A stretch of DNA of 32,000 nt from Salinisphaera sp. Q1T1-3. GTDB lineage: Bacteria > Pseudomonadota > Gammaproteobacteria > Nevskiales > Salinisphaeraceae. The position numbers and the translations under genes were made by a program. Where the stretch lies: assembly GCF_003602005.1 (NCBI RefSeq), contig NZ_QZWD01000001.1, forward strand, positions 176,641 to 208,640. The letters run 5' to 3'. The notes beneath the pieces are model-generated. The model was not told where the DNA came from, ran no database searches, and worked only from the letters and a program-made list of their open reading frames with translations. Numbering within the stretch: the stretch's first letter is position 1; the number at the start of each line of letters is the position of its first letter. Below are positions 9,440 to 18,262 of this stretch, piece by piece.

Positions 9440-9660
9440 ACCGCCCCAAAACCGGCCAGGCAAGGCGCATGGACCTGGCCTTGTTCATCCAGGGTCAAGC
9501 CATGCAACCCCGCATGGCCGGTCTTTGGGCGCAACCCGACGGGACGGCGGTCATTGTTCTGCAGTCCGGCGTTGCCGCTCGCTTGTGTCACATCGCGACA
9601 CCGCGCCCGCCGCCTTGTCTTGCCTGATGAGCCGACCGGCGCGACGCACGCGGATCGGAT
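9440..9660. repeat. Degenerate second copy (B) of the same repeat, adjacent to copy A in the same orientation
   Basis: Colinear shared blocks with copy A: CCCAAAA..GGCC, CAAGGCGCATGG, CCATGCAAC, GGCGTTGCCGCTCGCT, CTTGTC and ACCGGCGCGAC. It has an equivalent hairpin at 9444-9529. Confidence 0.5.
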
Positions 9661-9701
9661 ATACGCCCGGGTCGTCCCGGCAGAGGTGCGGGCCGCCGCA
9701 C

Positions 9702-10353
9702 TCAGCCGTTTGTCAGGCGCGCGATGTGGTCGTCGACGCGTTTTTGCATCGTCTGACAGGCCGGTCGTTGCCGCAGACGATCCCACCAGGCATGCAACAT
9801 CGGCTGTGTTTCGATTTCGGGGCGTGCATCGACGATCCGGGCGGTATCGAGCGCCGCGCCGACCGCGATAATCCGCATGGCTGAATGTTTCGCCGAGCAG
9901 CCAGGGAGCGCGCCCTGTCAGTTCGCCCTCCAGATGGGCATAGACGTCGGGCAGGGCGGCGAGGCCGGCTTCGAGTGCGGCATCGTCGGGCGGCGCACCG
10001 GTTCGCAGTGGTTTGACAATACGTTCGAGCAGCGGCGTCAGCAATGCCGGATTCAGATCGTCGTCGACCCATCGTTCCCAGCGCACGACGCGGGCCTGGC
10101 GCTGCGGACTGGGCCCGCCCATGAGCGCGCTGCGCTCGCGCATCGCGAGATAACGACAGATGGCGCCGGAGTCATCGGTCACGAAATCGCCGTCGACGAA
10201 CGACGGAATCCGGCCGAGCGGACTGGTGGCACGAAATTCCGTGTCCTGGCTGCGCGGTGCGATCTCGATGCTCTCGCACTCCAGGCCAAGCTCGGCGATC
10301 ATGAACCAGACCTTGCGGACGAAGGGCGATAGTGGGGTTCCGTAGAGTTTCAT
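9702..10353 (-). pseudogene. Glutathione S-transferase with an apparent frameshift near 9867-9873
   Basis: The N-terminal 160 aa are GST-like (MKLYGTPLSPFVRKVW..., GRIPSFVDGDF...AICRYL, ...GETFSHAD). After HAD the annotated frame turns Arg-rich and runs into the repeat region. The adjacent frame reads IAVGAALDTARIVDARPEIETQPMLHAWWDRLRQRPACQTMQKRVDDHIARLTNG* and stops at 9702. The span is 652 nt, which is 3n+1. Confidence 0.7.
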
Positions 10354-11768
10354 CGACGATTTCCGACAGGCTTTGTTTCAGACGTTGGCACGAAGGCCAC
10401 GGCAATCAAGGCCAGCAGGGCGAGCATGAAACTGGCGCCGCCGGCGAGTTCGGCATAACGGGTCGTCAACGCGCCGGCGGCGGCATGCGTTGCCGAGCCG
10501 CTCGCGATATCGAGCAGGCTTCCGGCTGCCGCCACGGCAAGCGCGGCCGCGCCGATACGTACGGTCTGGAAGACGCCAGCCGCCATGCCGGCACGCGTGG
10601 CCGGCATCGTGCGCATCGCCAGATTGTCCATGCTGCCGTTGGCCGCACCGCCGCCGATACCGATCAGCCCGAGACCGCAGACGAGCCCGATCTGCGAAAG
10701 CGGGGCCGCGGCTGTCAGCGTCAAGGCGATCACGGCATCGCCCATCGCCATGCAGGCAATACAACCACCCACGAATCCGGCCACGCCAAAGCGCGATACC
10801 ATCATCGGCCCCAGCGGGGTGGCCGCGAACAGGGCGATTGCCATCGGTAGAATGGACAGCCCGGCAATTGCCGGTGAAGCCGACAGTCCGGCCACGACAA
10901 CAGCCGGCACATAAACCATCGAAACCGCCACGGCGATCTGCCACGCCACCATCGTCGCCGACATCGCCCGAAACAACGGATTGGCGAACACCGCCGGGGC
11001 GATCGCCGGATGCTGGCGGCCCCGTTCGATGAAGATCAGGGCAATGAACAGCAACAGGCTGCACGCCGCGGCCATGAAGCCGAATCGGCTCGTGCCCTCG
11101 AGCGCCCAGACCACCAGGCCGAGCGCGAGTGTGAATACGCCGATACCGAGCGCATCGATGGGCGGTGCATCCGGCGCACGGGATGCGGCGATGCGCGGCA
11201 ACAGGGCCCCGGCGAGCAATAGAAACGGCAGATAGACGGCGAAGACGGCCCGCCATCCGAAGTGCGCCATGATCAGGCCGCCGATCAGCGGCCCGAAGGC
11301 AATGCCGCTACCGGCAGCGGAACCGAAGGCAGCGAATGCCCGCGCGCGTGACCGGTCATCCTGCGGAAAGCGTGCGGCCAGCAATGCCGGCCCCGTGGCC
11401 AGGAGCGTGCCGGCGGCCAGGCCCGCCAGCGCCCGCAGGGCGATCAGCAGGTCGGCCGAGGGGGTGACGACCGCCGCCGCGTTGGCCACAAGCGAGAGCA
11501 ACAGGCCCATGGCGAAGAGCCGCCGACGGCCGAGCCGGTCCGCGAGCACGCCGACGGCCAGGATGCTCGTGGCGAACGTCAGCATGTAAGCATTGACGAC
11601 CCATTGCAGCATCGCGCCCTGGATCGAGAAACTGCGGGCGATGGCATCGAGCTGGACGCCGATCACCGACTCCCCGAAGGGCAGCGTGATGCCGGCGGCC
11701 ACCACCGCGATCACCGTCGCCGGCGCGGACCCGCCGCTCGCCTCGGACTCACGATCGGCTGTGTTCAC
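10350..11768 (-). CDS. MFS transporter (drug/H+ antiporter-like, many TM helices)
   Basis: Continuous hydrophobic helices, e.g. LQWVVNAYMLTFATSILAVGVLADRLGRRRLF (an MFS motif-A-like DRxGRR). I chose the GTG start at 11768, which overlaps the upstream stop (GTGA). The ORF-track N-terminal extension to 11996 overlaps the upstream gene and is Arg-rich. Confidence 0.8.
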   Translation of the reverse strand: MNTADRESEASGGSAPATVIAVVAAGITLPFGESVIGVQLDAIARSFSIQGAMLQWVVNAYMLTFATSILAVGVLADRLGRRRLFAMGLLLSLVANAAAVVTPSADLLIALRALAGLAAGTLLATGPALLAARFPQDDRSRARAFAAFGSAAGSGIAFGPLIGGLIMAHFGWRAVFAVYLPFLLLAGALLPRIAASRAPDAPPIDALGIGVFTLALGLVVWALEGTSRFGFMAAACSLLLFIALIFIERGRQHPAIAPAVFANPLFRAMSATMVAWQIAVAVSMVYVPAVVVAGLSASPAIAGLSILPMAIALFAATPLGPMMVSRFGVAGFVGGCIACMAMGDAVIALTLTAAAPLSQIGLVCGLGLIGIGGGAANGSMDNLAMRTMPATRAGMAAGVFQTVRIGAAALAVAAAGSLLDIASGSATHAAAGALTTRYAELAGGASFMLALLALIAVAFVPTSETKPVGNRR

Positions 11769-12751
11769 GGCGCGCGCTCTGCGACGGTCTCGGCCGGGGC
11801 GCTGCCGGCATACAGACGCGCGATGACAGCGCTGACGATGATCTGCGTCTGGTTGTAGATCATGATCGGCAGGATGATCAAACCGAGCCCGGCCTGACCG
11901 GCGAACAGCACGTTGGCCATCGGTAGTCCGGAGGCCAGGCTCTTCTTGGACCCGCAGAACAGCAGGGCGGTCTCGTCGGCCCGGTCGAAGCCGCACAATC
12001 GTGCCAGACCGACGGACAGGCCCATCATCAGGGCCAGCACCCCGATACAGAGCATAAAGGCGATGGCGATGCCCGCCGGAGACATCTGGCGCCAGTAGCC
12101 GCTGGCCACGAACTGTGAAAACGCGGTGTAGACGATCAAGAGAATGACGGCCTTGTCATAGTGCCCGGCCGCGCGTGCATGACGATCCAGAAAGGCGCCG
12201 ATGACCGGTCTCGACAGTTGCCCGGCAGCGAACGGCATCAACAGTTGCACGCTGATCTGGATCAGCGCGTGGCCGACATCCACGCCGCCCCCGTCAGTCG
12301 AATGGGCAAGCAGCATGAACACAAACGGTGTCGCCATCAGCCCGAAGACGTTCGAGGCGGCCGCTGCACAGACCGCCGCGGCCACGTTGCCGCGGGCGAC
12401 CGCCGTGAAGGCGATCGACGAGGTGACCGCAGACGGCAACGCCCCCAGGTAGAGGAATCCCGTGGCCAGCGCGGGCGGAATCACGGCCGGCGCCAGCCAC
12501 GAGATCGGCACCACGATCAACGGGCAGACGCCGAAGGTCATGGCCAGAATCAGCAAATGCAGACGCCAGTGCGTGATCCCCGCCACGATCGATTCACGCG
12601 ATAGCGCTGCGCCATGAGCGAAGAACAGCCCGCCGACGCCGAGGGTGCCGGCCCAGCCGAGGCCGGTGGCTACCTGTCCCTCGGCCGGTACGATCGCTGC
12701 CAGCACGATGATCGCAAGCAGGACAACGGTGAAGGGATCGATGAGTTTCAT
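11765..12751 (-). CDS. Bile acid:Na+ symporter (BASS/SBF-like) family membrane protein
   Basis: 328 aa and about 10 TM helices, starting MKLIDPFTVVLLAIIVLA... with LGALPSAVTSSIAFTAVARGN and LLFCGSKKSLASGLPMA blocks that resemble YfeH/SBF-like carriers. Confidence 0.7.
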   Translation of the reverse strand: MKLIDPFTVVLLAIIVLAAIVPAEGQVATGLGWAGTLGVGGLFFAHGAALSRESIVAGITHWRLHLLILAMTFGVCPLIVVPISWLAPAVIPPALATGFLYLGALPSAVTSSIAFTAVARGNVAAAVCAAAASNVFGLMATPFVFMLLAHSTDGGGVDVGHALIQISVQLLMPFAAGQLSRPVIGAFLDRHARAAGHYDKAVILLIVYTAFSQFVASGYWRQMSPAGIAIAFMLCIGVLALMMGLSVGLARLCGFDRADETALLFCGSKKSLASGLPMANVLFAGQAGLGLIILPIMIYNQTQIIVSAVIARLYAGSAPAETVAERAP

Positions 12752-12906
12752 GCGCGTTCCGAGGACATCACAAACCGGCCGCGGGGCGGCCCGATTGCCG
12801 CGCTGCGGGATAGCCGGGCGCAGTCTACCGGTCGGACGGAAGTCGGGGAACCGAGCGGGCCGGCTCTGCTATCGTCGCGGCCCGAAGAATCATCTGGAGC
12901 CGGCCG

Positions 12907-13251
12907 ATGTCCCCGCTTGTCGTGGCCTATGTGTATCTGTTCATCGCGATCGTCGCCGAAATCGCCGGCACCACGATGCTTGCGCGTTCCGAGCAGTTCA
13001 CCCGCTGGGCGCCGACGCTCGGCATGGCGATCGCCTATATCCTGTCGTTCTATCTGCTGACGCTGGCCCTGCGGACGATTCCGCTGGCCATCGCCTATGC
13101 CTTCTGGGGCGGGCTGGGCATCGTGCTGACGGTGCTGGTCGGCGTATTCTTCCTGCGACAGCCGATCGATGCCGTCGGGGTGGCCGGCATCGCGCTCATC
13201 GTCGCCGGCGTGATTGTCATCAACGGCTGGTCACGCAGCGTCACGCATTGA
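12907..13251 (+). CDS. SMR-family small multidrug efflux protein (EmrE/QacE-like)
   Basis: 114 aa with four TM helices and a TM1 Glu in the IAIVAEIAGTTML context. Contains the PLAIAYAFWGGLGIVLT block typical of the SMR family. Confidence 0.85.
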   Translation: MSPLVVAYVYLFIAIVAEIAGTTMLARSEQFTRWAPTLGMAIAYILSFYLLTLALRTIPLAIAYAFWGGLGIVLTVLVGVFFLRQPIDAVGVAGIALIVAGVIVINGWSRSVTH

Positions 13252-13278
13252 TCGTGACCCGTGCGATGCGGCCCGGTG

Positions 13279-14193
13279 TCAGGCCGACACGCCGGCCGGA
13301 TTCGCCCTGGTCCGCGGCGGATCATCGTCGAGCATGCCGGCAAAACAGCTCAGTGCCGGCGACCATCCGTGTTGCGCGGTCGCCACGAGATGGGTCGTGA
13401 CCTCGCCGAGGTCGGCCGGCAGGGGGAGGGCGTGTATCCCGAAACGGTGTCGATGTGCGGCCACCACCGACGCTGGCATGAGGCCATAGCCCATGCCGGC
13501 CGCCACACACCCCAGAATACCGTCGATTGAACCGAGCTCGAAGATGCGCGTACCCGATACGCCCTGGCGCGCCAGCAATCGTTCGATGCACTCACGATAG
13601 TGACAGCCCTGCCGGAAGGCCAGAAACGGGGTCTCGGCCAGTGCCGCGGCCGAAGGCATCGCCGTCAGCGGCTCGGCGCCGATCAGGACGAGCGACTCTC
13701 GAAAGGCCGCCCGCGTCCAACGGTCGGCAGGCACGCGCTCACCGGCGATGAATGCCGCATCGAGCCGGCCGGCCGCGAGTCCGGCCAGCAATTCCGCGGT
13801 CGTGCCCGTTGTCAGTTGCAGGGTGACCTCGATATGACGGCGATGAAATGCGGCCAGTAGATCGGGCAGGCGCACGGCCGCCGTACTTTCCAGCGCGCCG
13901 AGATGCAGCACGCCACGCGGTGGCTCCGATGGGCGAAAGGCCGACAGGGCTGCTTCGTGCGCGCCCAGCGTGTCGCGGGCATGGCTCATCAGGGTGTGCC
14001 CGGCCGGCGTGAGGCGCACGCCGCCATTGCGCTCGAACAATGTGACGCCCAGCTCATGCTCGAGTTTCTTGATGTGGGCGGTCACGTTGGACTGCACCGT
14101 ATGCATGCGTCGGGCCGCGATGCTGAAACTGCCGGCATCGGCCAGCGCCACGAACAGAGCGAGCGAATGGAGCGTCATTGGATCAACGATCAT
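13279..14193 (-). CDS. LysR-family transcriptional regulator, divergent from the ssu operon
   Basis: N-terminal wHTH LHSLALFVALADAGSFSIAARRMHTVQSNVTAHIKKLEHELGVTLFER and a LysR-type substrate-binding C-terminal domain. The true start may be Met-6 (14178). Confidence 0.85.
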   Translation of the reverse strand: MIVDPMTLHSLALFVALADAGSFSIAARRMHTVQSNVTAHIKKLEHELGVTLFERNGGVRLTPAGHTLMSHARDTLGAHEAALSAFRPSEPPRGVLHLGALESTAAVRLPDLLAAFHRRHIEVTLQLTTGTTAELLAGLAAGRLDAAFIAGERVPADRWTRAAFRESLVLIGAEPLTAMPSAAALAETPFLAFRQGCHYRECIERLLARQGVSGTRIFELGSIDGILGCVAAGMGYGLMPASVVAAHRHRFGIHALPLPADLGEVTTHLVATAQHGWSPALSCFAGMLDDDPPRTRANPAGVSA

Positions 14194-14230
14194 CGTGTCA
14201 CGTGATGCAGCCCATTAAAACAGATCGCCA

Positions 14231-14243
14231 TTATCGATAACGG
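14231..14243. promoter_or_regulatory. Palindrome TTATCGATAA and shared motif ATCGATAACGG in the lysR-ssuC intergenic region (candidate operator)
   Basis: Perfect 10-bp palindrome at 14231-14240. The 11-mer ATCGATAACGG (14233-14243) recurs at 22327-22337, and the palindrome recurs at 26984-26993. Confidence 0.35.
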
Positions 14244-14248
14244 GATGT

Positions 14249-14292
14249 GCGGTCTCCGGCGCGGCACTCGAGCGAAACCTCAACAGGCCCTA
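14249..14292. repeat. Solo terminal fragment of the intergenic repeat family
   Basis: GCGGTCTCCGGCGCGGCACTCGAGCGAAACCTCAACAGGCCCTA closely matches the right end of copy C (GGCGGTCTCTCGACGAAAAGGCGCTCGAACGAAACCTCACAGGCCCTA, 25425-25469). No partner terminus lies nearby. Confidence 0.45.
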
Positions 14293-14380
14293 ATAAACTT
14301 TTCTTTTTTTTAGATTTAGCCTGCGTCGTCGCGGCTGGTAGCTTCGCTGTCCATCATTCGAAGTTTCGCGGAGCGCGAAC

Positions 14381-15172
14381 GTGAGCCGTCACGCAGCGAG
14401 ATATCTGGACCGGGCGCTGCCCTGGCTGGTGCCGGTTGTCGTACTCATCGCCTGGCAGGCGGTCGTCGAGCTCGGCTGGGTTTCGAGCCGTACCATGCCG
14501 GCGCCGACGGCTGTGGGAGCTGCGGCCTGGGAGCTGGCCCGCTCGGGCCAATTGTTCGACAGCCTGGCGGTCAGCACGCGCCGTGCGGCGCTCGGTTTCC
14601 TGTTCGGTGGCAGTGCCGGTCTCGCGCTCGGTCTGATCGTGGGGCTGTCGTACTGGGGCGAGCGACTTCTGGACAGCACGATCCAGATGGTCCGCAACAT
14701 CCCGCATCTGGCGATGATCCCGTTGGTGATCCTCTGGTTCGGCATCGACGAGACCGCCAAGGTGTTTCTCGTGGCCATCGGCACCGCGTTTCCGATCTAT
14801 CTGAATACGTTCCATGGGATTCGCAATATCGACCGGAATCTCATGGAAATGGCGCGCAGCTACGGGCTTTCGGGCACCGCACTCTTTCGAGAGGTGATTC
14901 TGCCGGGTGCCATGCCCTCGATCCTCGTCGGTGTGCGTTATTCACTCGGCCTGATGTGGCTGACGCTGATCGTCGCGGAGACGATCGCAGCCAGCGACGG
15001 CATCGGCTATCTGGCCATGAATGCCCGCCAGTTTCTCCAGACCGATGTCGTGGTGGTCACGATCCTGCTCTATGCGCTGCTGGGCAAGCTGGCCGACGAG
15101 GCAGCCCGGTTTCTCGAACGTCGATGGCTCAGCTGGCACCCGGCCTATCGCAAATCGGAGGTCATGGCATGA
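14381..15172 (+). CDS. ssuC: Aliphatic sulfonate ABC transporter permease
   Basis: 263 aa, GTG start. SsuC/TauC-type binding-protein-dependent permease with EAA-region [29 protein letters not shown], in an operon with ssuB/A/D. Confidence 0.85.
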   Translation: MSRHAARYLDRALPWLVPVVVLIAWQAVVELGWVSSRTMPAPTAVGAAAWELARSGQLFDSLAVSTRRAALGFLFGGSAGLALGLIVGLSYWGERLLDSTIQMVRNIPHLAMIPLVILWFGIDETAKVFLVAIGTAFPIYLNTFHGIRNIDRNLMEMARSYGLSGTALFREVILPGAMPSILVGVRYSLGLMWLTLIVAETIAASDGIGYLAMNARQFLQTDVVVVTILLYALLGKLADEAARFLERRWLSWHPAYRKSEVMA

Positions 15173-16014
15173 CACGGGTCACTTTTCCCTATCGCGGCAC
15201 ACGCCGTCAAAGCAACGTCGTTGCGCCGGAGACCTCATCGACCGGCGTTCGTCTGGGGTTGCGCGGGCTCGACAAGCGTTTCGGCGCGACACATGTCCTC
15301 GATGCGATCGATCTGGCTATCACGCCGGGACAGTTCGTGGCGATCGTCGGGCGCAGCGGTTGCGGCAAGAGTACGTTGTTGCGACTGGTCGCCGGCCTGG
15401 AAACCGCAACCGACGGTGAGATCCGAGTCGACGATCAACCGGCCGCACGGCATGCAGCCGATACGCGATTGATGTTTCAGGATGCCCGCCTGCTGCCGTG
15501 GAAGCGCGTCGTCGATAATGTCGGCATCGGCCTGCGTGGCCGCTGGCAGGATAGGGCACGGGAGGTTCTGCACGATGTGGGACTGGCCGACAAGGCCGAT
15601 GCCTGGCCCGCCCAGCTCTCGGGCGGCCAGCAGCAGCGAGTCGCACTGGCACGTGCCCTGATACACCGTCCGCGGTTGTTGCTGCTCGACGAGCCGCTCG
15701 GCGCGCTGGACGCGCTGACACGGCTGGAGATGCAGTCGCTTATCGAAGCGCTCTGGCAACACCACGGTTTCACCGTGCTGCTCGTCACCCACGATGTGCC
15801 CGAGGCCGTACAGCTGGCCGATCGCGTGGTGGTACTGGAGCAGGGCGGCGTCGGACTCGATCTGGCTGTCGATCTACCACGCCCTCGCGAAGCGGCCACC
15901 CCGGCGGTGTCGGCCGTGGAAGGCCGCGTGCTCGATCGCGTGTTGGGACGCAGTGACGTGCCGACGTCGACGACCGCATCGGCCACGAGGTCGCGCACGG
16001 CCTCCGCACGGTGA
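15169..16014 (+). CDS. ssuB: Aliphatic sulfonate ABC transporter ATP-binding protein
   Basis: Walker [12 protein letters not shown], signature [15 protein letters not shown], Walker [12 protein letters not shown]. The ATG at 15169 overlaps the ssuC stop (ATGA). The ORF-track extension to 14956 lies inside ssuC. Confidence 0.85.
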   Translation: MTRVTFPYRGTRRQSNVVAPETSSTGVRLGLRGLDKRFGATHVLDAIDLAITPGQFVAIVGRSGCGKSTLLRLVAGLETATDGEIRVDDQPAARHAADTRLMFQDARLLPWKRVVDNVGIGLRGRWQDRAREVLHDVGLADKADAWPAQLSGGQQQRVALARALIHRPRLLLLDEPLGALDALTRLEMQSLIEALWQHHGFTVLLVTHDVPEAVQLADRVVVLEQGGVGLDLAVDLPRPREAATPAVSAVEGRVLDRVLGRSDVPTSTTASATRSRTASAR

Positions 16015-17060
16015 GCGGCATGGCGTTCCGAAACCCTTCAAACCCGGCACATCTGACAATGACAGACCGATTCATCTCCGTTTTATGCCGTCGTCTCCCG
16101 GCGCTCGTTCTGATCGCCTGCGCGAGCTGGCCGGCGCTGGCGAGCGCCGCCGACCAGGTCGTTCGAATCGGGTATCAACGCTCCTCGACGCTCATGACGC
16201 TGCTGCGCGCTGATAAAACGCTGGAACAACAGCTGGCAGCCCAGGGCGTGACGATCGACTGGCACGAGTTCAACAGCGGGCTGCCGATGCTCGAGGCACT
16301 GAACACGGGCAGTCTCGATCTCAGTGCCGACGTGGCCGACACGGTGCCGATCTTCGCGCAGGCAGCCGGCGCCAACCTGGTGTTCTATGCCACCGAAGCC
16401 CCATCGCCACAGGGCCAGGCATTGATCGTGCACGCCGACAGCGATATCCATTCGCTGGCCGATCTGAAAGGCAGGCGCGTGACCGTGGCCCGCGGGGCCG
16501 GCGACCACTATCTGTTACTGGCGGCCTTGAAGCGTGCCGGTCTGTCACTCGACGACATCAAGGTCTCGTATCTGGCCCCACAGGATGCCAGTGCCGCGTT
16601 CGCACGGCACAGCGTGGACGGCTGAGTGGCCTGGGAACCGTATCTGTCGGCCGCGCGTGCCCGGGACAAGACGCGGACGATCGTCGACGGCGGCAACGGG
16701 CTGGCCAGCTATCGTCGCTTCTATCTCGCCTCGGCCGACTATGCCCGAGCCCATCCCCGGGTTCTGGACACGATCCACCGTGCCCTGACCCGGACCGGCC
16801 GCTGGGTCAGCCACCATCCGCAGGCCGCCGCGACCCGGCTGGCACCGCTCTGGGGGCAGATGACGCCGGCGGTGGTCCGACATGCCCTGGCCAATCGCAG
16901 CTACGACATCGAACCGGTGACCGCGGATCCGTTCGCCGAGCAGCAACGCATTGCCGACGCCTTCGAAAAAGCCGGCGTGCTGCCCCGACACGTCGATACG
17001 AGCAAGGCGCTGATCTGGCAGCCCGGCGCGACCCAACTGACAGGAGTACAACATGACTGA
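16011..17060 (+). pseudogene. ssuA: Sulfonate-binding protein SsuA interrupted by one in-frame TGA (16623-16625)
   Basis: ORFs 16011-16625 and 16626-17060 are in the same frame. Together they align with the intact paralog at 18263-19285: QVVRIGYQRSS vs DVVRIGYQKGS, and SVDG*VAWEPY vs DIDAWAVWDPY. The signal peptide is likeliest from ATG 16059 (MTDRFISVLCRRLPALVLIACASWPALASA). Confidence 0.7.
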
Positions 17061-18237
17061 TACAGACACCGAGGCCGGCGTCCCGGACGCCCTCAAGGTA
17101 TTGTGGTTTCTGCCCACCCACGGCGACGGGCGTTATCTGGGCACCAGCCAGGGGGCTCGCCAGGTGGATCTGGCCTATCTGAAACAGGTGGCACAAGCCG
17201 CCGATCAGCTCGGCTATTATGGTGTTCTGCTGCCGACCGGCCGCAGTTGCGAAGATTCCTGGGTCGTCGCCTCGGCGCTGGCGCCGCTGACCGAGCGACT
17301 GCGATATCTCGTTGCGGTTCGCCCCGGGCTGCAGTCGCCGAGCGTGGCGGCACGGATGACGGCCACGCTCGATCGGATCTCCAAAGGCCGCCTGCTCATC
17401 AATGTGGTCACCGGCGGTGATCCGGTCGAAAACGCCGGCGACGGCGTGTTTCTAGACCACGACGAACGCTACGAGGTCACCCGCGAATTCCTCGACGTCT
17501 ATCGTCGGCTGCTGGCCAGAGAGACCGTCAATCATCACGACAAGCATCTGCGTATCGAGGACGGGCGCCTCATCTTCGCACCCCACCAGGCCGGTGGCCC
17601 ACCGCTGTATTTCGGTGGGTCCTCGACGGCCGCGATCGACGTGGCCGCCCAGCGGATCGACAAATATCTGACCTGGGGCGAACCGCCGGCCCAGGTCGCT
17701 GAAAAGATCGCCACCGTGCGCGCGGCCGCGGCCAGGGTGAATCGCAAGGTCACCTTCGGCATCCGGTTGCACGTCATCGTCCGCGAGACCGACGAGCAGG
17801 CCTGGCAGGCAGCGGACCAACTCATCTCGCATCTCGATGACGAAACCATCGCCGCTGCACAGAAAGTCTTCTCGCGCATGGATTCGGTCGGCCAGTCGCG
17901 CATGTCAGAGCTGCACCGAGGGGATCGCAGCCAGCTCGAGATCAGCCCGAACCTCTGGGCCGGGGTCGGGCTGGTGCGTGGCGGTGCCGGTACGGCCCTG
18001 GTCGGCAGTCCCGAGACTGTGGCCGAGCGGATACGCGAGTACCAGCGCGCCGGTATCGACACATTCATCATGTCCGGCTACCCGCATCTCGAAGAAGCCT
18101 GGCGCTTCGGCGAACTCGTTCTGCCGCTGCTCGATCTGGACGAAGACATCGCGCGGCCGACAATCGCCACCAATACCGGGCCGTTCGGCGAAGTCATCGC
18201 CAACGAAAACGTGCCCGATTCAGCCGCTGCCGGCTGA
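17053..18237 (+). CDS. ssuD: FMNH2-dependent alkanesulfonate monooxygenase
   Basis: 394 aa with [17 protein letters not shown]...YYGVLLPTG...[11 protein letters not shown]...[13 protein letters not shown], which are characteristic SsuD/luciferase-like blocks. Confidence 0.9.
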   Translation: MTDTDTEAGVPDALKVLWFLPTHGDGRYLGTSQGARQVDLAYLKQVAQAADQLGYYGVLLPTGRSCEDSWVVASALAPLTERLRYLVAVRPGLQSPSVAARMTATLDRISKGRLLINVVTGGDPVENAGDGVFLDHDERYEVTREFLDVYRRLLARETVNHHDKHLRIEDGRLIFAPHQAGGPPLYFGGSSTAAIDVAAQRIDKYLTWGEPPAQVAEKIATVRAAAARVNRKVTFGIRLHVIVRETDEQAWQAADQLISHLDDETIAAAQKVFSRMDSVGQSRMSELHRGDRSQLEISPNLWAGVGLVRGGAGTALVGSPETVAERIREYQRAGIDTFIMSGYPHLEEAWRFGELVLPLLDLDEDIARPTIATNTGPFGEVIANENVPDSAAAG

Positions 18238-18262
18238 GGCGTTCCCTGTTACGAGATCCGTC

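Noticed and set aside
9100-9660. Possible CRISPR array, because of repeated sequence in an intergenic region
   Set aside because: The repeat units are about 200-275 bp, degenerate and internally palindromic. There are no short regularly spaced direct repeats with unique spacers, and no cas genes are present.
9322-10353. 343-aa ORF taken at face value as a GST fusion protein
   Set aside because: Only the first ~160 aa are GST-like. The remainder is low-complexity read-through across the intergenic repeats, caused by a frameshift. The proper C-terminal domain lies in the adjacent frame and ends at 9702.
14241-14380. Sigma-54 promoter for the ssu operon (CTGGTAGCTTCGCTGTCC and GGCACTCGAGCG)
   Set aside because: The GG/GC spacing or the -12 GC dinucleotide does not fit the consensus. 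It is probably an ordinary sigma-70/LysR-dependent promoter.
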